A stretch of DNA of 64,000 bases. Source: Geosiphon pyriformis uo1 (lineage: Eukaryota; Fungi; Glomeromycota). Positions 22,165 to 35,011 of this stretch are shown here, piece after piece. The stretch spans positions 868,001 to 932,000 of the forward strand of contig JAAOMT010000675.1 in NCBI GenBank assembly GCA_016748015.1, given 5' to 3'. Within the stretch, counting starts at the first letter, position 1. Each line of letters opens with the position of its first letter. The notes beneath the pieces are model-generated. The model was not told where the DNA came from. It ran no database searches and was given only the letters and a program-made list of their open reading frames with translations. Both the position numbers and the translations under genes were made by a program.

Positions 22165-22182
22165 TGGTGCTCCCTGTGAGGT
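22165..22182 (+). promoter_or_regulatory. E4 primer binding site TGGTGCTCCCTGTGAGGT
   Basis: 18-nt tRNA-3'-complementary pattern 2 nt after the LTR; near-identical in E5 and E8. Confidence 0.9.
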
Positions 22183-22224
22183 ATAATTCTACAAAAAACC
22201 AGCACCAACAACAATCATCCAAAA

Positions 22225-25200
22225 GTGGCAAAATTAGAAATAATAGGAACAAACCATTTAGGATTTGCTAAATTCTTATTTCAACAATACAGCCAACAAT
22301 TGGACTTAACCAACAACCATTATCCAGCAGAATCAGTCTTCAACTTTTACGTCAATGAGAGAATTACAGATTTTTAAAAAAAACTAGTTGACATTGAATT
22401 AACAAGAGAAAATTTTTATACAGAATTAATTTAACACACCAGCTTATCATGAAATTACAGTTTTGCACCAATTATCAGAGAAATTAATCAAAAAATTAAA
22501 AGATACACTCAACAACAATTCTCTATTACCTATGCAAATAAAGGTAAAAGAAAGTTATAAACCTCAGCAGTAACTCCAAAAGGAATACAACTACCAATGT
22601 GGAAGAAACAAAGAATTAAATTTCCACTATATCCATTATATCATTACACACCTAGAAGTACTATCAATATCATATCAACAAATGTGTTCACATCAAACAT
22701 AACATTAATATTTGAATAACTTTTATTCCAAAGTAAACAAAAAAAAGCAGAATTATTAGGAACTTATGGTAATTATTTTGAAGGATTTAAATTGTGGTTG
22801 CCAACATCATTAAAATTTCAATTACTGCTACCTCCATTAGATTTTAAAACTGCAAGTTCTTGGGAGATAACAGCATCAGAAGAAGAGAAAAAAAAGGATT
22901 AAGAATTTAATTATCAAAATCTGATTGCAGAAAATCCAGAAGTTGAAACTCTGAATATTCAAACCCAGCAAACTCTAAATAATCTAAACCTGAGTTAATT
23001 AATCAGGAAAACTTACCTCCAAAAATCATCATCAATCAGCAATCAATTAATCCAATTGTTGAACAACTTTAACAGCCACTAATATTACTCCAACAATTAC
23101 CTCTTCAACCACTACAACAACCAAACTTGGATTCAATGGCCTACACTCTAATAGCAAAACTCGAAAAGTTCATAGATAAAGAAAACAATACCCAAGTATG
23201 GCTGAAAAATATGGAAAAAGCCATTGCAACCAACAGATGGAATGACGTTAGAGCTATGCAAGCCATTTCATATTTCCTTCAGGATACTACCAACTTGTGG
23301 TATCAAAGCTTGGTTAACAAATCTCAAGATTTCAATACATTTAAGCTTGCATTTCTACAATATTTCAGTAATAATAATAGCATCAACCAATTAGCTAACA
23401 CTTTTTACCACCATCAAATAAGAAAAAAATAAAGCAGTTACTACCTACTTAAAATGCTTTTATAGAAATTTACACCAAATTCAGACAATCTAAGCCAATT
23501 ATTTCACAGCACCACAAATTCTAAATCAATTCATTAAAGGCCTGTGCAGTAGTATCCTTCAATGCATATGTCTATTACATCCAGTAAATCTTCAAGTCAC
23601 AGTTACAAACACCAGAGACTTTGAAGCAGCTGAACTCGAAACTAATCATGTTCAAGCTGTAAATCTAGTAATAAATGAATTATTTGATTTGGATTCCAAA
23701 TTGAAGCAATTCAGTGAATCAATCAATTAGAAATTAGAGGGATACTTAGCTAACAACAATCAGGCAATATATCAACCTCCTTAATAATGTAATAATCAAA
23801 GAAACTCTAATCATGTTCAAAATCAACTGCATCTAGCATCATCAACCAATTAACAGTGACAACAGGAAACACATAATTGCCACTATTGTGGAAAACAATA
23901 ACACTTACAAATTGACTGCCATCATTGCTTAAATAACCAATAATCGGGAAATTAGTATTGAAATTCTAATTACCAGTTTCAAACTCTGAATTATCAACTA
24001 AACCCAGAACCATATCATCAAAATTACCTACCAATGATGCAGCAACCAATATATCAACCACCAATATATCAGACTCCAATATCTGTAATATATTAACCAC
24101 AGCCACAAGTAATATATCAGCCTTTATAAATTCAAACACCATCACAAAACTTACCTCAAAATGGAATCTAAAGGCTGAGAATAACACAACAAAGCTGGAA
24201 ATTGGCAATAGTAGTCTATCAACCAATCTCCAGTTCTTCAGTTCAATTATCAGGATCTTGACAGTAGAATTTGGACACCAGGTACATCCAAAACCTGAAT
24301 TCTCAACACTATTTAAGCCTTTTAGTAACCCCAGAAAATGCCTTATCCAATAACTTGGAAACCAACCAAACACAACCACTCACCAGCAACATATCTCCAA
24401 TCACTATTACCAATGATAAATCACTAGCAGCAATTTTCTCATTTAAACTTGAAAAACCATCATCTATACCATTGTTCAGTGGAGCTGTACTCAAAAAAAA
24501 ACCAATCACCACCATGTACACTAATGTTAAAGTCAATAGTTATTTCATCAAACTGATATTAAATAGTGAGTCAGCAGGCAGCATTATCACATGACAACTC
24601 ATGGACCAATTAGGTTACCAAATTAATTGTGCTGTCAATGCCAGAATCATAACAGCTGATAGAATGACTAAAACTCCAATTGGCGAGATTAATGACCTCC
24701 TCATAGAAGTCAATAACATCATAGTACCAATCAAGATATTAGTCATGGAAACCACTCAGTACTAAGCACTTGTTGGTAATAACTGGTTGTCAAAAACCAA
24801 TACAACACTTGATTGGAATGTACAGAAGCTCTAATTTAGCCAGAATAGTTAACACACACATGTACCAGCCATGTATGGCCACTTCAAGTCTATCACCATG
24901 TTATCAGCACCCCTTATTGAGTTTGACAACAAAGAAAAAAACTTACTTGGAAAACATACCAAATTTTCTGGGCTGATGACAATCACAATAAGCTATCACT
25001 GATTCTAGACTGAGAAAAAAACACCAAAAAAAAAGAGAAAGAAAAAAAAAAAGACATACTTGAAAAAACCAATGGCAACATAGAAACTAGCAGTTGGTAT
25101 TCCATAGATATTAGGCCAGAACCATCTTATATTCTCCTCAAGTGCAAAGACTACAAGAAGAAACTGTCTTCCATGGGAGCTTGGGTTACATCAAATAAAG

Positions 25201-25870
25201 ATTACTGGATGCAAACCCATTACTACTGCAAACCATGCCACTGCAAATGCTATAGTTACCCTAAAAGACAAGACAAGTGGGACAATGAACTATGTTTCAC
25301 TTGTGGTAAACAACTATTGGACAAAGGAATGTGGAATGACATTCTTGAACAAAGAGAAATGTGTGACACTTCATGCCAGTACATAATCCTTATAAGTGAC
25401 TGGGTCAGTTATGGAACTTCCATTACTACAGTCTGGCACTAAGCAATAACTTGCTTGGATGGTTATTTACATGATAAAAATAAGATATGGAGAATGGCAA
25501 ATACCAAAGTTGAAGAAGCTATGCCCAGCAAAATCTTGGAAATTAAAAATAATCCTTCAAAGCCAGTCAATATCATCCTAATCTCAAACCCCAATTTTTT
25601 TCTTAACATAGAAACAGGTCCAAAAAAGTTTCATGAGCACTATTAAAATTTGATACCAACAAAAAAAGAGCAGAAACAGCATTTAAAAAAAATAAACACC
25701 CAATTATGTGACCACTATTTGATCCCATATGACTTTTAATATTGTAATGAGTGTGACCTCATTTACAATCTACCACCATGTATAATCTACACAATTTCGG
25801 AAGAAAAAAAACCAATCAGCAGCTGCATATCAGAATTGGAATCAACTTTTAATTCTGATTTAAACTTTAA
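22225..25870 (+). pseudogene. gag-pol: E4 Gag-protease-Cys-rich region, decayed
   Basis: MAYTLIAKLEKF capsid (23136); CHYCGK knuckle; LILNSESAGSII protease; CxxC-rich segment. Confidence 0.9.
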
Positions 25871-26703
25871 TGTTACTTATAGAATATAAAAAGTATATTA
25901 GCAGATAAATTAGCCAATCAGAAGTAGCCATAGTAAATGTAGAATTCCAAGATTTCTCTCAAAAAAATTGCAGAATTCCAGAAATTTCAGGATTCTTGTA
26001 CAAGAAATCACAAAATTCCAGAATTCCAAGATTTTTCTCAAAGAAATTGTAGGATTCCAGGAATTCCAAGATTTCTGGTGTAAAGAATTGAGGAATTGAG
26101 GAATCTCAATTATGTATATATAGCAGTAGCATTAGAAGTAGAAAAAAATATACTTTTTAGTTTAGATTTAATTTAAGCAATTTTTTAATTCACAAATATT
26201 AATAAAGAGTTATTTGATATTTTAATCTACTTTTTATTATCAACACTTCATGTTAATAATCTCGAATACTTGACCACACTGAAACAATAGCTCTTGATCA
26301 TGGCTATTGACAAGATACTAACAATCATTGTTTTGGCTTATTTCTTTTATTTCATTTTATTTTCTGTTGTTATTTCTTTTGTGTGTTACTAAATGGATTA
26401 AAAAGATTCACACACGAGGGTACTGATGTTAGGATATAGCACTGGTAAAAGACCCAGAAATAAGAGTAGACACTTAGAATTGAGGATAACTTACCAAGAA
26501 GATTACCAGCCATCATGCTGAGAAAAAAATTGATGAAACTGTGGTTTTGAAAAGCTATGGATAAAAACAACCAATTACATCTCTGTTTATTATACAAAAA
26601 ACTTCATAACAAAACCTTCAGATATCAATGTACCAGAATACCACTCAAGCACTAAGTTATGGGTTGTTATTTACTTTGAAATCCCAAATAATCACTTGTA
26701 ACA
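25871..26703 (+). repeat. E5 5' LTR (833 bp)
   Basis: TGTTACTTAT...TTGTAACA; U3 GAATTCCAGGA-type repeats at about 25940-26100. Confidence 0.95.
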
Positions 26704-26705
26704 TT

Positions 26706-26723
26706 TGGTGCTTCTTGTGAGGT
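26706..26723 (+). promoter_or_regulatory. E5 primer binding site
   Basis: TGGTGCTTCTTGTGAGGT, a C>T-decayed version of the E4 PBS. Confidence 0.88.
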
Positions 26724-26765
26724 ATAATTCTACAAAAAACTAGCATCAACAACAATCATCCAAAA

Positions 26766-29700
26766 GTGGCAGAATTAGAAAACATAGGAACAAACCATTT
26801 AGAATTCACCAAATCTTTGTTCCAACAGTATAGTTAACAACTAGAATTAAACAACAACTATTATTCAGCAGAATTTGCTTTCAACTTTTATGTTAACAAA
26901 AAGATCACAAACTGTTTAGAAGGAATAGTTGACATCAAATCAGCAAGAAAAAACTTTTATACAGAATTATTTCAACATACCAGCTTACCAAAAAATTACA
27001 GTTTCGCACCAATCATTAGGGAAATCAATCAAATCATTGAAAGGTACACTCAACAACAATTTCTTATTACTTATGCAAACAAAGGCAAAGAAAAACTACA
27101 AACACCAACAGCGACACCAAAAAAGATCCAACCACCCACATGGAAGAAAACCAAAGTTAAATTACCAAAAAACCCATCATATTACTCTACACCCAGAAGT
27201 GCCATCAACATTTCATCAATAGGCATGTCCATATCAAACACAACATCAACATTTGGATAACTCCTATTTCAAAGTAAACAAAAGAAAGCAAAGTTATTAG
27301 GGACCTATGGCAATTATTTTGAAGGATTTAAATTGCAATTAACTACCTCATCAGGATACTAATTACTATCACCTCCACCAGATTTTAGAATAGCTAATCC
27401 ATAGAAGGTAATGGAATCAGAAAAGAAGGAAAAAAAAGAAGCCAAAAATCAGGAATTTATTTACCAAAACCCGATTTCAGAAAACCTGGATATTGAAATT
27501 CTGAACTTTCAGACTTAGCAAAATCCAAATTTAGAAAATCCAGAAGTTGAAACTCTGAATATTCAACCACCAAAAAATCTGAATAATTCCAACTCCAAAT
27601 TAATTAATCAACCAAATATACCTCCAATAATCATCATCAATTATCCACTAATTAATCTAATAGCTGAGCCTCTACAACTAAATCAACAAATTCAACAACC
27701 TCTTCAACAACCACAACTGCTGCAACAACCATCTCAATAATAAAACGTGAATCTAATGACCTACACTCCAATTGCCAAACTTGAAAAATTTACTGGCAAA
27801 GAAAATGATGCCCAAGTATAGATCAACAATGTTACTAAAGCCATAATTGCCAATAGCTAGAATAACAATAGAGCCCTTCAAGCAATTCCTTACTTTCTCT
27901 AAGATACCACTGATTCATGATATCAAAATCTAGCAGCCAGACTACAAATCTTTCAGAAATTTAAACTTGAATTCTTAAGATATTTTAGTAATAATAATAG
28001 CATTAATCACTTGGCCAATATCTTCACCACCATCAAACAGAAAAATACTGAAGCAATTACCACTTACTTGGAATGCTTTTAGCAAAATCTGTGCCAAATT
28101 CAAGCAATTGATACCAACTACTTCACAGAGCCACAAATCTTGAATCAGTTTATCTGTGATCTGTGCAGTAGCATCCTACAATACATATGTCTATTACATA
28201 CAGCCACTCTTTAAGACGCAGTCACATGTGCCAGGAACTTTGAGTCAGCTAAGTTAGAAGCCAATCATGCCCAAGCCATAAATCTAGTAATAAATAGATC
28301 ATCTGAATTGGATTCCAAATTGAAACAATTCAGTAATTCAATTAACCAAAAACTAGAGGAATGTTTAGCTAGCAATAATTAGGCAATTTATCAACCCTCT
28401 CAATAACACAGTAACCAAGAAGACGTGAATCATTTCCAATATTAGTCATAACCATTATTATCCAATCAGTCATGGCAGTCAAAGACGCATGTTTACCACA
28501 ACTGTGAAAGACAAGGCCATCTAAAAATTGACTGCTGATCTAATAATAATAACCAATGATTAGGAAATCAATACAGAAACCCCAATTACCAGTTTTAAAC
28601 CTAAATCCTTACTCAAACCAAAATCAATATCAACCTATTTACTTGCCAATAATACAGCAGCCAATCTATCAACCACCAGTATATCAAACTTCAATTTATC
28701 AGCTGTAGCCAAGTAATATATTAACCGCAGCCACCAGTAATTTATTAACCCCAACAAATTCAAAAACCACCACAAAACTTACCTCAAAATAGAACACATA
28801 GGCCGAGAATGATGCAACAAAACTGGAGATTAGCAATAATATTTTACCAACCAATCTTCAGTTTATCAGCCCAACAATCAGAATCTTATTAGTAGAATTC
28901 AGGCACCAGCCATGTCCAAAACCCAAATTCCCAAAACTATTTAAGTCTCCTAGTTACCTCAGAAGGTGCCCCATCTAACAAGCCAGAACCCAACCAAAAG
29001 CAGCCACTTATCAGCAATATCCCATTAGCAACTATTTTCAATAACAAATCCCTAGCAGCTATTTTTTTTTTGAACTCGAGGAAACTACACCAGTCCCATT
29101 ATTCAGTGAAACTGCTCTTGACACCAAACTGATCACCACCATGTACACTGATACAAAAGTTGATGATCATGTCATCAAACTGATCCTAAACAGTGGATCA
29201 GCTGGCAGTATCATTACATGACAACTTATAGACCAATTAGGTCACTGAGTTGATTGTGCTGCCAGTGCACACATAATCACTATTGATGGAGTAACCAAAA
29301 CTCCAATTGGTAAGATTGATGACCTCCTTATAGAGATCAATAATATTATTGTGCCAATCAAAGTATTAGTTATAGAAGCCATCTAATATCAAGTTCTAGT
29401 TGGAAACAATTGGCTGTCCAAAACCAATGTGATACTTGACTGGACCATTCAAAAATTGCAAATTAGCCAAAACGGCCAACACACATAAGTACCAGCAATG
29501 TGCAGTTATTTAAGACCACCAATATGCCAACACTGTTAATAGAACTTGAGGAAAAAGTAAGTAAATCTCTTTGGGAAGCCTATTAAGTTTCATGGGCTGA
29601 CGAGAACCACAATGAGCTACTGCTAATACTCTCATAGAACAAACAAGAAAAGGAAAAACACACAGAAAAACTTACCTAGAGAACTAACCAAAACACATAA

Positions 29701-32700
29701 AATAACAACAATTAAAGTAAAATGCTATTGATTCTAGACTGGGAAAAAAAGGATAAAAGAAAAGAGAAAGAAAGGAAGGAAGATATACCTGAAGAGACCA
29801 ATAACATCACTATAATAAGCAGTTGTGGAAGTACATACTCAACAGATACCAGACTAGAACCACCTTATATTCTCCTTAAGTGCAAAGACTGGAAAAAAAA
29901 ACTGTCTTTCATGGGAGCTTGGATTACACCAAATGAAAATTACTGGATGTGAACACATTACTATTGCAAGCCTTGCCACTACAAATGCTATGACTATCCA
30001 AAAAGACAAGGCAAGTGGAACAATGAATCATGTCTTACTTGTGGCAAACAACTGCTCAATGAAAGAATGTGGAATAACATTTCTGGTCAAGGAGGAATAT
30101 ACGACACTTTATGCCAATACACGATTCTCATCAGTGATTAGATGAGTCATGGTATGTCAATAACTGCCACCTGGCACCATGCAATCTCTTGTTTGAATGG
30201 TTATCCACATAATAAGAATGAGATCTGGCAGATGGCAAATGCCAAAGTAGAAGGCACTACACCCAATGAAATATTGAAAATCAAAAACAATCCTCTGGAA
30301 CCAGTCAACATTGTTCTGATCCCCAACCTAGATGCTTTTCTGGACCTAAAAACAGGCCCAGAAAAATTTCATGAGCACTACCAAAATTTGGCACCAACAA
30401 GAGAGGAACAAGAGCAGTATTTGGCCCAAATAAACACTCGACTATGTGACTACTGTTTGATCCCATATGACTTTCAATATTGTAATAAGTGTGACTTTAT
30501 TTACAATTCACTACCACACATGATCTACACAATCTCAGAAGAAAAAGAACCAATCAGCAGCTGCACATCAGAATTAGAATCAAAGTTTAATCCCAATTCA
30601 AACTTTGACAATAATGATGATAAAAACAATGGTTCTAGCTCTGCTCAATATGGCCATAATAACGACAACAATTTAAACTCAAATTCAAACTCTAATCTAA
30701 ACTACAAACAATATATTGCACTCTTGGACCTTACCAAGGAGCAAGAACTGAAATAGTTTAGCAATAACAATAAGAATATTATGCCTAAATACATGCATAA
30801 TACTAATACAGGATTTGATCTAAGGTATCCAGGAAAAAATGCCATCAAATTGAAACCATATTTGTGCACTTACATTGATCTCAAAATAGCATTGAAAATT
30901 CCAGCAACAACCATGATTCAACTAGCATCCAGAAGTAGTTTAGCAAAAAAAAAATCAACATCAGAGGAGAGATAATTGATGCAAGATATGTAGAAAATAT
31001 CATTGTTATGCTACAAAATGATTCAGAAAAAACCTATATCATAGAGCCAAACAAAAAGATTGCATAGGCAATATTCCTGTCTTTGGTAAAAATGGCTCAA
31101 CTAGTATCAGTGAGAAACAGGGAAGAATTGGAGATTACAGCTAGAGAGATACAGGGATTCAAATCCACAGATAGAATAAATATACCAGTTAATATGGCAA
31201 AAGAAAAAATTATTGACAAGGGAGAAATTATCTCCACTCATCAACCAATTTCCATTCCACTATATGACCAGTACATAGTAACCATAGAAAAAAAAGTGAA
31301 GAATTAGGTTCAAATTTTTAAAGCAGAAACAACCCTTTGTGAATCAAGAAAAATTGGATTAGTCAATCTACACATACCAGCCAAAAACCACAATCACATC
31401 AAAATTTCCATTTACAACAACATGGGAGATATCATCGAGATACTGGAAGAAACTATTATTAGATATTTAACCACCAAAATTGAAGAACAATCACCAAACA
31501 CCATTCCAGACTTTTCACAACTATGCAGATATATGGATATTACATCTCAGACAATATATAGACAAGAAAAATGTTATCTGCTTCAACCAAAACAATTAGA
31601 GCAAATGAACTTGGGAAATCTAGACCCATTACAATATATGCAACTCAAGATGTTATTCAATAACTTCAATGACATCTTTGCCAATGAAAATGAATTTGGC
31701 AGAACTGACATAATTCAACATCAGATCAAGACTGAAGATGTGATGCCAATTAAACAAAGAGCATACAGGATACTACCAGCCAGCCATGAGATTATTTATC
31801 AAGAAATCAATTAAATGCTTGACAATAGGTTAATTCAATCATCAATGAGCTTATGATCATTACCAGTGGTACTAATTTATAAAAAAAATGGAAAAATCTG
31901 CTTTTGTATGAATTACTGGAAACTGAATGAAGTGACCAAAAGAGATAGCTACCTGACTTTAAAGATCCAAAAATTGTTTGATGCTTTTGAAGGAAAGAAA
32001 TGGTTTTTAACATTAGACTTAAACAGTGATTACTGGCAAGTAGCTATGAAACCAGAGGATAAAGAAAAGACAGTGTTTATAACTTGAGAAGAAAATTTTG
32101 AATTCAAAGTAATACCATTTGGATTGATGAATGCTCCAGCCACATTCCAACAGCTCATGAAAACTGTTTATACTGGACTACTGTGGAAATCCATAGTTGT
32201 TTACTTAAATAACACAAATGTGTTCTCTAAGACATTTGATAATCATCTATATCATCTTCAACAAGTGTTTGAAAGATTAAAAAGAGCAAAATTGAAGTTA
32301 AATGCAAACAAATATTTCTTTGAAAAAACTGAACTCAAATTTTTGGAACATGTTGTAAGCAAAAATGATATCAAAACAGATCCAAACAAGATTGCAATAG
32401 TAAAAAACTTTCCAGTACCAACCAACTTGATAGAACTAAGAGCATTTTTGGAATTTACAGGATATTATCGCTGTTTTATCAAGAATTTTTCTAAACTGGC
32501 TCAGCCACTCCATTATTTACAAACTAAGAATGTAAAATATGAATAAACAGAAACTCAACAAGAAATATTCAACACATTGAGAAGAAAGCTTATTCAAGCT
32601 CCAGATAGAAGAGAACATCTGGTACCTTACATCAGTAGAAGCTTAAGTCCAGCTGAAAAGAACTATAGAACTCCAGCACTGGCACACTTAGCTATCTATT

Positions 32701-32912
32701 GGGCTGTTATCAAATAGAAAAAATACTTGAGTCAAAAGTTTGATGTGTATACTGATCACAAAGGATTGACTTTAATCTAGAAACAAAAATTTGCAGATAA
32801 TTATTATGTTAAATAGAAAATAGAACTTTTACCATTTAATTATACAATGCATTATAAAAAAGGAAAAAAAAATAGAAATGCTGACAGATTGTTGCAAATA
32901 AAACAAGTTTAA
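26766..32912 (+). pseudogene. gag-pol: E5 Gag-PR-Cys-rich-dUTPase-RT-RNaseH polyprotein, decayed
   Basis: Capsid ATG at 27756; CHNCERQGHLKIDC; LILNSGSAGSII; RT MNAPATF..VYLNNT; ends NADRLLQIKQV with TAA at 32910-32912. Confidence 0.94.
30781..31170 (+). pseudogene. dut: dUTPase domain of E5
   Basis: TGFDLRYP, ASRSSLAKK, IIDARYV, QGFKST. Confidence 0.85.
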
Positions 32913-32944
32913 AAACATTTTTCAACCCAAAAATATAACAAAAC

Positions 32945-34314
32945 ATAAATATACAAAAATATCAACAACTCCAACATTATATAAATATCCAATTGTTCAA
33001 GAAGAAATTATCTTAAAAAAAACAAAACAACATAAAACAGCAATTAAAATATTTTATCTACCATCAAAATATACTTTACCAGAAGAACAAAAAAAATCCA
33101 GATTAGCCAACCAGAGTAATTACAGAACCAGAAAAAGAGACAATATTGTTCAACATGCACTCAGATTCAACAGCAGGACATTTTCATAAAGAAGCAACAA
33201 TAGAAAGAACCAGAAAAAGATACTATTGGCCATTAATGTATCTAAACATTATCCAATATGTTCAAAATTGTGATGCTTGTCAGAGAAGAAGAGAAACAAA
33301 ATCCAGTGAACCATTAAGACCAATCAAAGTGGGACAACCATTTGATCACATTGAAATTGACTTAACCAGACCATTAACAATTATCAGCAGAGGCAACAGA
33401 TATATTGCAATAGTCAGATTATCTTACAAAATGGCCAGAAGCAAAAGCCATTCAAAAGACAGATGCAGAATCTGTTGCCAAATTCGTTTATTAAGACTTA
33501 ATTTGTCGACATAGATGTCCAAAAGAATTGTTATTAGATCAAGGAACTCACTTTGTAAATAGAACATTAATGGAATTAAGTCAAGGATTTGGGATAAAAA
33601 GACCATAATTATCACCATATCATCTACAAATAAATGAGCTAGTTGAAAGATTTAACAGAACATTGTGTGAAGCCATTGCCAAAATCAGCCAAAAAAACCA
33701 GGATGAATGAGATTTGATTATACCATCAGTATTATTTGCTTATCAGACAATGAAGCAAGACACTACACAAGCAATATCATTCAAATTAGTATATGGTAGA
33801 ACAGCAACATTACCAGTTAAGATAGAAGTCAAGACATATCCAACAAAATCAATAACAGAGAAAAATTTTCAAAAAACACTGTTGAAAAAAACATATGACT
33901 TAATAGAGACATTAGAAAACACATGGCAAAAAACAGCTGATAATATCCAAAAAACAAAAAAAAAGACATGATAATTAACTACCAGAGAAACCAGTTGAAT
34001 TTAAGATTGAAGACAAAGTACTTTTGCATTGTACTAAAGCAGAAAAACAATGAAGTAAAAAATTTGACCCCAAATAGGACAGACTATTTCACATAAAAGA
34101 AATTCTTGAAAATGGAGCTTATAAATTAAGGTTGAACAACAAAATCTTAACCAAGGCAGCACATAGTGATCAACTGAAACAATATTTTTATATAGTATTA
34201 TTATCCACCAGTAATATTCCACAATTAAAGGTACAAAGAATACTAGTCAGACCAGATAAGATTCCACAAAATCAAGAACTAATTATAATTATTAAACTGA
34301 ACATGTAAAATTGA
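32945..34314 (+). pseudogene. int: E5 integrase (separate ORF)
   Basis: HSDSTAGH..CDACQRR; DQGTHF; ERFNRTL; NGAYKL. Confidence 0.92.
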
Positions 34315-34367
34315 ACAACCAAAAGAATATATAAAGACACAATATATGTAACAAAAGACAACAGAAA

Positions 34368-34997
34368 ATGGAGATTACTGATAGCATTCACTCATTAGCA
34401 CAACAATTCTTTCAACTGATCCAACAACAAGAGATGGAAATTACAATCAAGCAATAAACTATCAGATACACACACACCAAAAGAAGACTACAGGATAAAA
34501 TAAGAAGAAATACAAAAAACACTATTAACAAAATAATCTCAAAAGTAAAGTTGGCAATAGAAACACAACCAAAAATTACTTAATATCAAGAGTTAACTAT
34601 AGAAACTTGGAATTGGTGAATACAACAATTTCCAAGAAACTTTTGTTACTTTTACTTGGGACAATACATAAACATTAAAAGTTTATACACGAATAAAACA
34701 AAACAATTATTTAATACAACAATACTACAACAACTGGAACATTTTGTGAGAAAAAACAATTTGATTACACAAGCAAGAGTTATCTATCAGCTACATACTG
34801 GATTTTAAGATCAACCAGAAATCTTATTCAATCCAGAAATGAACTCTATTACTATTAACCAGATGGAAAAAATAACAAATGCTCAATTTGAAGAATTATA
34901 GAACAAGATAGCACAAATAATTTTTGAAAAAAAAATTCAAGAAATACTCAAAGACAGAGAATTAGAAATAGGAGATCTTAATGGAGCTTAATATTAA
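34368..34997 (+). pseudogene. E5 ORF3, unknown accessory protein
   Basis: MEITDSIHSLAQQFFQ start; ..YLGQY..ARVIYQLHTGF..SITINQMEKITNAQFEEL; homologous to E8 ORF3. Confidence 0.7.
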
Positions 34998-35011
34998 AAA
35001 AGAGGGAATAA
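34996..35011 (+). promoter_or_regulatory. E5 polypurine tract
   Basis: AAAAAAGAGGGAA directly before the 3' LTR. Confidence 0.8.
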
